From Macrostomum lignano (Eukaryota): DNA of 64,000 nucleotides. Both the position numbers and the translations under genes were made by a program. Of this stretch, positions 37,075 to 49,300 are shown in pieces; position 1 is the first letter of the stretch; the number at the start of each line of letters is the position of its first letter. The notes beneath the pieces were generated by a model that was not told the DNA's origin, did no database searches, and was given only the letters and a program-made list of their open reading frames with translations. Location: contig NIVC01000953.1 of the NCBI GenBank assembly GCA_002269645.1, positions 124,001-188,000 of the forward strand, given 5' to 3'.

Positions 37075-38932
37075 ATGAACTCGGAGTCTTCATCAGGCAG
37101 TGGTAGGGGCCGTCAGTTTGGCGGCTTTGGCCGAGGTCGCCCAGTTACTAAGCAATCTAATTTGTCCAATAACAGCAGTACTAATTGGCAGTCACAGCAG
37201 AGACATAGGAGACAACCAGCTCAGCACACTAATCAGCAACGCTGGGACTCAGATTCTTCCGCTACCGCCACCTCCGAGTCTGCCGAATCTGTTGAGTCTG
37301 AACAGAAGGTTGAACTAGGCGAAACCTTTCAACAGTACAGGGAACTGCTGACAGATGTCTATACTATGGCTGGGAGCGGGTAAGGCAGCGTTGAGTAGTT
37401 AACTTTCACATTCTTTCTGGTGTGAGGTCACTCTGATATTCTTAGTCTCAGTGTGAGGTCACTCCATTCTCCCCAGTGCCCAGTGTGATTTCACTCCGAC
37501 AGTCTCCCCAGTGTCCAGTGTGAGGTCACTCCCAACAGTCTACCCAGTGTCCAGTGTGAGGTCACTCCAACAGTCTACCCAGTGTCCAGTGTGAGGTCAC
37601 TCCAACAGTCTCCCCAGTGCCCAGTGTGAGGTCACTCCATTCTCCCCAGTGCCCAGTGTGAGGTCACTCCGACAGTCTCCCTAGTGCCCAGTGTGAGTTC
37701 ACTCCAACATTCTCCCCAGTGTCCAGTGTGAGGTCACTCCCAACAGTCTACCCAGTGTCCAGTGTGAGGTCACTCCGACAGTCTCCCAGTGCCCAGTGTG
37801 AGGTCACTCCAACAGTCTCCCCAGTGCCCAGTGTGAGGTCACTCCAACAGTCTCCCCAGTGTCCAGTGTGAGGTCACCCCAACAATCTCCCCAGTGCCCA
37901 GTGTGAGGTCACTCCAACATTCTCCCCAGTGTCCAGTGTGAGGTCACTCCCAACAGTCTACCCAGTGTCCAGTGTGAGGTCACTCCGACAGTCTCCCCAG
38001 TGCCCAGTGTGAGGTCACTCCAACAGTCTACCCAGTGCCCAGTGTGAGGTCACTCCAAAAGTCTTCTCAGTGCCCAGTGTGAGGTCACTCCAACAGTCTA
38101 CCCAGTGCCCAGTGTGAGGTCACTCCAAAAGTCTTCTCAGTGCCCAGTGTGAGGTCACTCCGTAATCCATAGGCCTGAGAACCCCTAGCCTAAGAACCCC
38201 TAGCCTGAGAACCCCTAGCCTGAGAACCCCTAGCCTGAGAACCCCTAGCCTGAGAACCCCTAGCCCATACCCCTCATCCGCAGCTCAGACGCCAGCCAGA
38301 CGTCACAGCGGCTGCTCCAGCTGCACCCCGCACTGTTGGACAGCCAGCTGGAGGAGCTGGCAAAGCTGGTGGTGAAGGCGACTGAGGAGGGCCATTCTCA
38401 CCTGAGCCTGCTGGGCCAGGTGGACCCCTCCAGAGCAGGCGTGGCGCTGCTGCAGGCCTACGGCTCGCCATTCCAGCACCGGTTCGACAGCCTGCTGCTG
38501 AGCCGTCTTCAGGCCTTGCAGAGCCGGGCTGAGCGCAGCCGGTCGCAAAACTTTGTGACCGGCTTTGACGAGAAATTCGTGGCATTCCTGGGCGAACTGG
38601 CCAGCTTAGCGCCTTTGCCGGCGTTCCGGTGCAAGTCCGCCGTGTACTTTCTCACTGCTATCGAAGCTTTTCTCAACGTCCAGCTGGCATCGGTCGATCG
38701 GTGGCGCAGGGCCATCACGCCGCTGCACGAGTGCTCAGAGATGCTGTTTAATCCGGAGCTGAGAGATGCTAATTCGGATATTGATCAGCGATTGGCAGCC
38801 ATTGGCAAACTGTTAGCTTTGGCCGAGACTGACCGGTTTATGGCCGGAGTTGGCTGCACTTTTGTCCGGCCTATGCTAGCCGAACTGTTGGAGAAGCTTA
38901 GGACTGAAGGACTGCTGGCAAGGCGGCAATAG
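37075..38932 (+). CDS. MIF4G-domain protein (CTIF/SLIP1/PAIP1-like) with RGG-like N-terminus; join(37075..37379,38284..38932)
   Basis: Exon 1 (GRGRQFGGFGRGR) splices via GG|GTAAGG...ccgcag|C (phase 2) in frame to a helical ORF containing FDSLLLSRLQ...FVAFLGEL, which resembles MIF4G helix motifs. Family assignment is by eye. Confidence 0.6.
37445..38265. repeat. 35-bp minisatellite followed by 15-bp repeat (TAGCCTGAGAACCCC) in the MIF4G gene intron
   Basis: Tandem copies. Confidence 0.9.
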
Positions 38933-39569
38933 ATTTGACTCAAAATTTAAGATTATAATCTTGAAGGGATAAGTGACTCAAAATTGAAGTATTTTTAAAG
39001 GATTAGTTACTCATAATTGGACTTCTTTTGAAGGGATAAGTGATTCAAAATTTGAGATTAATCTTGAAGGGATAAGTGACTCAAAATTGGAGTAATCTTG
39101 AAGCATTAGTGACTCAAAATTTGAATAATCCTAAAATGTGAAAGCATTGGTAACCCAAAATCTATTAAAGTTGAAGTTAGCGATGATGTTAAAACACTCA
39201 ACCGTTATGGAACTGCTAGTCTATCGATATTACTGTAATTATGATTAATAACGGCAGTTGTTTTTGTATTTTGTCTTTTATTCTGCATCTAATTTAATAC
39301 GTATCTATCATGTTGCTTCTTGAATGACTTTTGCTTTTTGTTTGTTTTTTTTTCTTCTTTTGCAAATTTGCAAACTATTTACTCTGATATCGAATACACA
39401 GTAAAATGCAAAATTATTAGACTGAAAATCGAAATAAATATTTAATAGGTCTTACTTACATGCGGGTCTACTGTAAGTAATGCAATTGTAATCTAAATGC
39501 CTAAATATAATATTAACTTCATAGACAGACTGTATTTAGTGTTATTTATTATGCTCGTGAGAATCGACT

Positions 39570-40142
39570 TAAGCAGTCCATCTGGTGCATGAGAATCGGC
39601 CTCATCAGCAACCAATCTGGTGCATGAGAATCGGCCTCATCAGCAACCAATCTGGTGCATGAGAATCGGCCTTAGCAACCCATCTGGTGCATGAGAATCG
39701 GCCTTAGCAACCCATATTGTGCATGAGAATCGGCCTTAGCAACCCATCTGGTTGCTGAGAATCGGCCTTAGCAACCCATCTGGTGCATGAGAATCGGCCT
39801 TAGCAACCCATCTGGTTGCTGAGAATCGGCCTTAGCAACCCATCTGGTGCATGAGAATCGGCCTTAGCAACCCATCTGGTGCATGAGAATCGGCCTTAGC
39901 AACCCATCTGGTGCATGAGAATCGGCCTTAGCAACCCATCTGGTGCATGAGAATCGGCCTTAGCAACCCATCTGGTGCATGAGAATCGGCCTCATCAGCA
40001 TCCCATCTGGTGCATGAGAATCGGCCTTAGCAACCCATCTGGTGCATGAGAATCGGCCTCATCAGCATCCCATCTAGTGCATGAGAATCGGCCTCAGCAA
40101 CCCATCTGGTGCATGAGAATCGGCCTCATCAGCAACCCATCT
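39570..40142. repeat. 32-35-bp minisatellite (CATCTGGTGCATGAGAATCGGCCTTAGCAACC)
   Basis: Tandem copies. Confidence 0.92.
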
Positions 40143-40940
40143 GCTGTATCGAAAGCGCGCGCTTGTTTCAACGCATCACTAAGAGGCGTTCGACTCCTGC
40201 AGCAATCTTCGCCGGAGTTTATCGAAGCAGCATGTCGCCACTATCTGATCTCTGATTAAGGATTAAGGAGTCCTTGAGTGTCGAGGTCTCGGCCGCTGAT
40301 TTGAGCCAGATTGCTCATGGGGTGGCAGTGAGATGAATTGAGCCATGAGTGGCGACACGCCACTGCAAAGTCTGAAGATAGCGGTTTAAGCTGAGCGAGA
40401 GAAACAAGCGAGGCCCAAACTGGCCAAGTTAGCGATTATATATTTGAGGTTCTACTCGTAAAAGTGCACAATACGATGTACATGAATCATGCAACCCAAG
40501 ATGTACATTTATGTTAGAATATAGCTCACTCACACAGAATAACAATATTGCGAGGTAATTACAGACCGTTAGACGATATTCGGATGCAGTGGGAAGCCAC
40601 ATGCCGTGACAACCCTCAAGAGAAGCTGAGATCTGCTGCGCGCCATTAAGCAAACAAAAATATTTTCAATTTTGTAATGGTTTTATTATTAATTGTACCC
40701 TTTTGTCTATGGTTTTCGGCAGTGATCCTCTTGGCAGCGATTCAATTGTTTGCCGGCTGTGGTATATTATAGTTAGCCTAGGCGTGTTGAAACGGAGAGA
40801 AACTCACGGCATCCCACCGCTGCAATAATCTGGCCGACTTTAATAAGTAAAAAAACTCGTATGCAAATAAGTATGTAGTTAATGTTTCTACAACTTGTAC
40901 ATTTTAAAAGTAAAGCTTGGTGCTGTTTAATAATGCTTAG

Positions 40941-41251
40941 TATTGGTTTTGTCAGCCTAACTGAGAATAAAGCTATCCAAAGTGAGAATCCTGCCTACGC
41001 TGACTGCGAAGGGCCTGGCTGCGTGCAGCCTTAGTCTATGGGCCATAGACAATAAAGGACAAGCAAAGTGATAAAAAGCCATCCAATGTGAGAATCGATT
41101 GGTCTATGCGTCGTATTCTTTTATTTTGCTTGTCCTTTATAGTCTATGGCCCATAGACTAAGGCTGCACGCAGCCAGGCCCTTCGCAGTCAGCGTAGGCA
41201 GGATTCTCACTTTGGATGGCTTTATTCTCAGTTAGGCTGACAAAACCAATA
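40941..41251. repeat. Long near-perfect palindrome (foldback/MITE-like), arms ~130 bp
   Basis: 40941-~41068 is the reverse complement of ~41125-41251, with a ~55-bp spacer. Confidence 0.9.
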
Positions 41252-41572
41252 TCAGTTACTATTTTTTCAATTCGCAAAACCAGGAGTTTTGGTCATAGAC
41301 AATTTTTTTTAGATTTCATTATTTCTTTCTATGTCTGGTGTGCTGGTGTCCCTTGACCCCGCTTTCTTCTGACTTTGCCATAGACATTTCCAGCGGGCCG
41401 TGAAACCGACTGAATGCATTGGAGTAAATGGGATTTTACCATAGACTGTCTCAGCGGGCCGTGGCGTTATAGCTCGTTTCTGCCCTCTGCAGTTCATCAA
41501 TATTGGTATATTGCTGCCGGAAAATTAACAGAACGGAAAATTAATTAAAAAGGAGTAGTATTTATTTTTCTG

Positions 41573-42100
41573 TCACAGATACGTTCGACAAGAACTCCGT
41601 TTCAACACTTGAATGATTCTCCGGTAATGATGTTCACCTGGCGATTGACGGACTTTCCAGTTACAGTGCAGGTGCCGTTGAATTGCCGCGACGAAAAAAG
41701 ATAAAAGACTTCGGCGCGTATAGTGTGCTCCATCCTGCTTTCGAAGAGACGAATAGAAAAGCCTCAGATTATCGTTCAGGAATCGACCCGGCACGCGCTT
41801 TAGACTCCTGGCGAGCCCCTTCTCGTTGAGTAACTGACGGAACCTTGCCTCGTAAAGTTTTCGTTGAGTCTCGGTCGATTTCGGCGCAGATTTCATTCTC
41901 AATCCGCCGGTGCAGCATTTGTAGATCTTCGCTATAATCAGCTCAGGCAGCATGCACTTCGGTACTAAACAACGCATCCAAATTGTTAATCTCCAGAAAA
42001 GCGACTGCTCGACTCTCGGTTGATAAAAGCCAACTCGTCCGTGGAGAGTCCACATTTTCTCCGCCAGGGTTTTGTAGCAAAACGGACAAACATGTAGCTC
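41573..42100 (-). mobile_element. Crypton-like (tyrosine recombinase/DUF3504 family) ORF fragment
   Basis: SAPKSTETQRKLYEARFRQLL...LNDNLRLFYSSLRKQDGAHYTRRSL...AAIQRHL resembles the N-terminal core-binding region of CryptonA-type recombinases. It is frameshifted, and no catalytic half is visible. Confidence 0.6.
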
Positions 42101-42604
42101 CTTATTCCTATTGGTAATTTAATTGAAATCTGAAAAACCATTAGAGAATTATAATAACAATAAATTTCATGCAAAAGGGTACAATAACGACATAGACAGA
42201 CTCATTCACGGCAGCAATTGCTTTACTAAGCTGAAGCCGCAAAAAAGTCTGTATATATCGATACATTCTGTCTTGGCCTTGAAATTTGGAAGAAGCGTTT
42301 TTGAGTTTGAATTGAACTCAAAATTGTTCAAAATGGAAGATCAATTGGTGCACTAAATCCAGCAAGAGGAACTCGAAAACTAAAAGTTTTCACTGTTAAA
42401 AACAAATGATGCTTTAGTAAAATCCAGTAGAACTGAGTTTGTGTAATTTTGGCGACGGAGACAGCAACAGACTGGCTCGCAGCTGAAGGTACAACAAAGG
42501 TCAAACAAATTACTCACTTGTTTAAAATGAAAATATCTGGACCCCACATACAGAAGACCCAAAAGAGCGGAGCGCTGCATTAGCCTCAAGTAAATTACAG
42601 AGAT

Positions 42605-43080
42605 TTATCTGCACGCTGTGACAGTACATTACAGAGATTTATCATGCTGTGACAGTACATTAAAGAAGTTTATCATGCTGTTACAGTACATTACAGAGAT
42701 TTATCATGCTGTGACAGTACATTACAGAAGTTTATCATGCTGTTACAGTACATTACAGAAGTTTATCATGCTGTTACAGTACATTACAGAGATTTATCAT
42801 GCTGTGACAGTACATTACAGAAGTTTATCATGCTGTTACAGTACATTACAGAAATTTATCATGCTGTTACAGTACATTACAGAGATTTATCATGCTGTGA
42901 CAGTACATTACAGAAGTTTATCATGCTGTTACAGTACATTACAGAAGTTTATCATGCTGTTACAGTACATTACAGAAGTTTATCATGCTGTTACAGTACA
43001 TTACAGAAATTTATCATGCCGTGACAGTAAATTACAGAATTTTATCATGCCATGACAGTACATTACAGAAATTTATCATG
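42605..43080. repeat. 31-bp minisatellite (ACAGTACATTACAGAAGTTTATCATGCTGTT)
   Basis: Tandem copies. Confidence 0.92.
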
Positions 43081-43301
43081 TTAAGCTTGAAGAATTGCTA
43101 GAAACAGTCAACAGAGGGCACCAATTGCTCACAGGCTGAGCAGCAAAGAAGCGATGCTTCTGCAATTCTCTATCAATATACGCTGCTGAAATAAAATCAA
43201 GGATGAGCTTCAACATTGAGCTCAGCCGGCCATTTGCAATGAATTGAAACTGAAGCCAGTGGCCGATCCAAACCGCTATGCAGAGAGCTGCCGATTCGAA
43301 C

Positions 43302-46300
43302 TCAGGACTCTTCTTCAATGTCCGAGTCGTCATCGTTTCTCCTGAACTTCTGCACCAGAATATAGATGAACTCAAGCAGCTCAAATGTGCTCACGACGCT
43401 GATGCCGAGCCAGAGTCCCAGAGTTCCTCCAATCGTAGCGGGATGTCAGTGCGGCCAAAGGAACCGTAGCGGGATGTCAGTGCGGCCAAAGGAACCGTAG
43501 CGGGATGTCAGTGCGGCCAAAGGAACCGTAGCGGGATGTCAGTGCGGCCAAAGGAACCGTAGCGGGATGTCAGTGCGGCCAAAGGAACCGTAGCGGGATG
43601 TCAGTGCGGCCAAAGGAACCGTAGCGGGATGTCAGTGCGCCAAAGGAACCGTAGCGGGATGTCAGTGCGGCCAAAGGAACCGTAGCGGGATGTCAGTGCG
43701 GCCAAAGAAACCGTAGCGGGATGTCAGTGCGGCCAAAGAAACCGTAGCGGGATGTCAGTGCGGCCAAAGAAACCGTAGCGGGATGTCAGTGCGGCCAAAG
43801 GAACCCTAGCGGGATGTCAGTGCGGGATGTCTGAAATGCGAAAATATTGCAACCGGATGCAGCTCTCACCTCCGACAGGGCCTCGGTCCAGTGGTCCTTG
43901 TACATCTTCGTAAGCATCCGCCGCAGGACTCTGCAAGCTGATGCGGACTGCTGCCAGCTCTTTGGCCAGTTCGCTGCGAGGAACACAAGACGCTGCAGAT
44001 TGAACAAATTTTCTTTGATAGTCTTTAACCAAGTTTGGGTCAGTAAAATTTAATTTTCTTAAAACATTGAAATGGCAACCGTCGTGCCCATGAACTAGCA
44101 TATACAGCTGAATTTCCTGCCTGGTTTCGGTGCTGTTCCGAAAAATGTGATGCACTTTGCCATCCTCGGGCAGGAACTCGACTCCATGTCTGACTTGCGG
44201 CATCATCAGGTTCTCCCAGATCTCTTGAATGGCGCTGAACGGGGGCCACCTGCGGCTCTGCTGCCAAGGCCGTTGCTGGGTGAAGTGGCACCACATCCGG
44301 TGCTGGAACTCCTTCGCCAGCTCTTGGCTTTGCCTCTGTGCGTGCTCAAACCAGTGATCATGGCAGTCAATTCTCTTCAGCACAGCATCCGATGGGGTGA
44401 TCCACTCCTGCGGTGGAGCGAAGTAGCACAGGTCGCTCGTATTCACCGAGAACGGGAGCAGGTGCGAATAGCAGCCGCAGTTGCTGTGCAGGATGCTCTG
44501 CTGTGCCTCGACTACGAAATCGGAGACGGACTTTGAGTAGGCCTTGGTGACCACGTTCAGCGAGGCGTTGGAGAAGTGCCTGACGTAGTTGATGGTTTCG
44601 ATCGGAGGCTCGGAGCATCTGCGGCTGGGCTTCGACATGAGTCGGTTGTGGATCGGCCTGACCTTGATGGAGGTGCTGGTGGCTGAGGCCACATCCACGA
44701 ACTCGGTCTCTGCGGTTTGGCATGGGTTGATTATGGGCTGTGAGACTGGTTTGGCATGGGTTGTGAGACTGGTTTGGCATGGGCTGTGAGACTGGTTTGG
44801 CATGGGTTGTGAGACTGGTTTGGCATGGGTTGTGAGACTGGTTTGGCATGGGCTGTGAGACTGGTTTGGCATGGGCTGTGAGACTGGTTTGGCATGGGCT
44901 GTGAGACTGGTTTGGCATGGGTTGTGAGACTGTTTGGCATGGGCTGTGAGACTGGTTTGGCATGGGTTGTGAGACTGTTTGGCATGGGCTGTGAGACTGG
45001 TTTGGCATGGGTTGTGAGACTGGTTTGGCATGGGTTGTGAGACTGGTTTGGCATGGGTTGTGAGACTGGTTTGGCATGGGTTGTGAGACTGGTTTGGCAT
45101 GGGCTGTGAGACTGCTTTGGCATGGGCTGTGAGACTGGTTTGGCATGGGTTGTGAGACTGGTTTGGCATGGGTTGTGAGACTGGTTTGGCATGGGCTGTG
45201 AGACTGGTTTGGCATGGGTTGTGAGACTGGTTTGGCATGGGCTGTGAGACTGGTTTGGCATGGGCTGTGAGACTGGTTTGGCATGGGTTGTGAGACTGGT
45301 TTGGCATGGGTTGTGAGACTGGTTTGGCATGGGCTGTGAGACTGGTTTGGCATGGGCTGTGAGACTGGTTTGGCATGGGTTGTGAGACTGTTTGGCATGG
45401 GCTGTGAGACTGGTTTGGCATGGGCTGTGAGACTGGTTTGGCATGGGCTGTGAGACTGGTTTGGCATGGGCTGTGAGACTGGTTTGGCATGGGTTGTGAG
45501 ACTGGTTTGGCATGGGTTGTGAGACTGGTTTGGCATGGGCTGTGAGACTGGTTTGGCATGGGCTGTGAGACTGGTTTGGCATGGGTTGTGAGACTGTTTG
45601 GCATGGGCTGTGAGACTGGTTTGGCATGGGTTGTGAGACTGGTTTGGCATGGGTTGTGAGACTGGTTTGGCATGGGTTGTGAGACTGGTTTGGCATGGGT
45701 TGTGAGACTGGTTTGGCATGGGCTGTGAGACTGGTTTGGCATGGGCTGTGAGACTGGTTTGGCATGGGCTGTGAGACTGGTTTGGCATGGGTTGTGAGAC
45801 TGTTTGGCATGGGCTGTGAGACTGGTTTGGCATGGGTTGTGAGACTGGTTTGGCATGGGTTGTGAGACTGGTTTGGCATGGGTTGTGAGACTGGTTTGGC
45901 ATGGGTTGTGAGACTGGTTTGGCATGGGCTGTGAGACTGGTTTGGCATGGGCTGTGAGACTGGTTTGGCATGGGTTGTGAGACTGGTTTGGCATGGGTTG
46001 TGAGACTGGTTTGGCATGGGCTGTGAGACTGGTTTGGCATGGGCTGTGAGACTGGTTTGGCATGGGCTGTGAGACTGGTTTGGCATGGGTTGTGAGACTG
46101 GTTTGGCATGGGTTGTGAGACTGGTTTGGCATGGGCTGTGAGACTGGTTTGGCATGGGCTGTGAGACTGGTTTGGCATGGGTTGTGAGACTGTTTGGCAT
46201 GGGTTGTGAGACTGTTTGGCATGGGCTGTGAGACTGGTTTGGCATGGGCTGTGAGACTGTTTGGCATGGGTTGTGAGACTGGTTTGGCATGGGCTGTGAG

Positions 46301-49300
46301 ACTGGTTTGGCATGGGCTGTGAGACTGCTTTGGCATGGGCTGTGAGACTGGTTTGGCATGGGCTGTGAGACTGGTTTGGCATGGGTTGTGAGACTGGTTT
46401 GGCATGGGTTGTGAGACTGGTTTGGCATGGGTTGTGAGACTGCTTTGGCATGGGTTGTGAGACTGGTTTGGCATGGGTTGTGAGACTGGTTTGGCATGGG
46501 TTGTGAGACTGGTTTGGCATGGGTTGTGAGACTGGTTTGGCATGGGTTGTGAGACTGCTTTGGCATGGGTTGTGAGACTGGTTTGGCATGGGCTGTGAGA
46601 CTGCTTTGGCATGGGCTGTGAGACTGGTTTGGCATGGGTTGTGAGACTGGTTTGGCATGGGTTGTGAGACTGGTTTGGCATGGGCTGTGAGACTGCTTTG
46701 GCATGGGCTGTGAGACTGGTTTGGCATGGGCTGTGAGACTGCTTTGGCATGGGTTGTGAGACTGGTTTGGCATGGGTTGTGAGACTGTTTGGCATGGGTT
46801 GTGAGACTGGTTTGGCATGGGCTGTGAGACTGCTTTGGCATGGGCTGTGAGACTGGTTTGGCATGGGCTGTGAGACTGGTTTGGCATGGGCTGTGAGACT
46901 GGTTTGGCATGGGTTGTGAGACTGGTTTGGCATGGGTTGTGAGACTGGTTTGGCATGGGTTGTGAGACTGTTTGGCATGGGCTGTGAGACTGGTTTGGCA
47001 TGGGCTGTGAGACTGGTTTGGCATGGGTTGTGAGACTGTTTGGCATGGGCTGTGAGACTGGTTTGGCATGGGTTGTGAGACTGGTTTGGCATGGGTTGTG
47101 AGACTGGTTTGGCATGGGTTGTGAGACTGGTTTGGCATGGGTTGTGAGACTGGTTTGGCATGGGCTGTGAGACTGGTTTGGCATGGGCTGTGAGACTGGT
47201 TTTGCATGGGTTGTGAGACTGTTTGGCATGGGCTGTGAGACTGGTTTGGCATGGGTTGTGAGACTGGTTTGGCATGGGTTGTGAGACTGGTTTGGCATGG
47301 GTTGTGAGACTGGTTTGGCATGGGTTGTGAGACTGGTTTGGCATGGGCTGTGAGACTGGTTTGGCATGGGTTGTGAGACTGGTTTAGCATGGGTTGTGAG
47401 ACTGTTTGGCATGGGCTGTGAGACTGGTTTGGCATGGGCTGTGAGACTGGTTTGGCATGGGTTGTGAGACTGTTTGGCATGGGCTGTGAGACTGGTTTGG
47501 CATGGGTTGTGAGACTGGTTTGGCATGGGTTGTGAGACTGGTTTGGCATGGGTTGTGAGACTGGTTTGGCATGGGTTGTGAGACTGGTTTGGCATGGGCT
47601 GTGAGACTGGTTTGGCATGGGCTGTGAGACTGGTTTGGCATGGGCTGTGAGACTGGTTTGGCATGGGTTGTGAGACTGGTTTGGCATGGGCTGTGAGACT
47701 GGTTTGGCATGGGCTGTGAGACTGATTTGGCATGGGTTGTGAGACTGGTTTGGCATGGGCTGTGAGACTGGTTTGGTATGGGCTGTGAGACTGGTTTGGC
47801 ATTGGCTGTGAGACTGGTTTGGCATGGGTTGTGAGACTGTTTGGCATGGGTTGTGAGACTGGTTTGGCATGGGCTGTGAGACTGGTTTGGCATGGGTTGT
47901 GAGACTGGTTTGGCATGGGCTGTGAGACTGGTTTGGTATGGGCTGTGAGACTGGTTTGGCATGGGCTGTGAGACTGGTTTGGCATGGGCTGTGAGACTGG
48001 TTTGGCATGGGCTGTGAGACTGGTTTGGCATGGGTTGTGAGACTGGTTTGGCATGGGCTGTGAGACTGGTTTGGCATGGGTTGTGAGACTGATTTGGCAT
48101 GGGTTGTGAGACTGGTTTGGCATGGGTTGTGAGACTGGTTTGGCATGGGTTGTGCATGGGCTATGAGACTGGTTTGGCATGGGTTGTGCATGGCTTGCAA
48201 GACTTGCTTGGCATGGGTTGTGCATGGGCTATGAGACTGGTTTGGCATGGGTTGTGAGACTGGTTTGGCATGGGTTGAGTATGGGTTGTGAGACTGGTTT
48301 GGCATGGGTTGTGAGACTGGTTTGGCATGGGCTGTGAGACTGGTTTGGCATGGGCTGTGAGACTGGTTTGGCATGGGTTGTGAGACTGGTTTGGCATGGG
48401 CTGTGAGACTGGTTTGGCATGGGCTGTGAGACTGATTTGGCATGGGTTGTGAGACTGGTTTGGCATGGGCTGTGAGACTGGTTTGGTATGGGCTGTGAGA
48501 CTGGTTTGGCATGGGCTGTGAGACTGGTTTGGCATGGGCTGTGAGACTGGTTTGGCATGGGCTGTGAGACTGGTTTGGCATGGGTTGTGAGACTGTTTGG
48601 CATGGGTTGTGAGACTGGTTTGGCATGGGTTGTGAGACTGTTTGGCATGGGTTGTGAGACTGTTTGGCATGGGTTGTGAGACTGGTTTGGCATGGGCTGT
48701 GAGACTGGTTTGGCATGGGCTGTGAGACTGGTTTGGCATGGGTTGTGAGACTGTTTGGCATGGGCTGTGAGACTGGTTTGGCATGGGCTGTGAGACTGAT
48801 TTGGCATGGGTTGTGAGACTGGTTTGGCATGGGCTGTGAGACTGGTTTGGTATGGGCTGTGAGACTGGTTTGGCATGGGCTGTGAGACTGGTTTGGCATG
48901 GGCTGTGAGACTGGTTTGGCATGGGCTGTGAGACTGGTTTGGCATGGGTTGTGAGACTGGTTTGGCATGGGCTGTGAGACTGGTTTGGCATGGGCTGTGA
49001 GACTGATTTGGCATGGGTTGTGAGACTGGTTTGGCATGGGTTGTGAGACTGGTTTGGCATGGGTTGTGCATGGGCTATGAGACTGGTTTGGCATGGGTTG
49101 TGCATGGCTTGCAAGACTTGCTTGGCATGGGTTGTGCATGGGCTATGAGACTGGTTTGGCATGGGTTGTGAGACTGGTTTGGCATGGGTTGAGTATGGGT
49201 TGTGAGACTGGTTTGGCATGGGTTGTGAGACTGGTTTGGCATGGGCTGTGAGACTGGTTTGGCATGGGCTGTGAGACTGGTTTGGCATGGGTTGTGAGAC

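Noticed and set aside
39570-43830. 31-35-bp direct repeats resembling CRISPR arrays
   Set aside because: Head-to-tail units without unique spacers, no cas genes, eukaryotic context.
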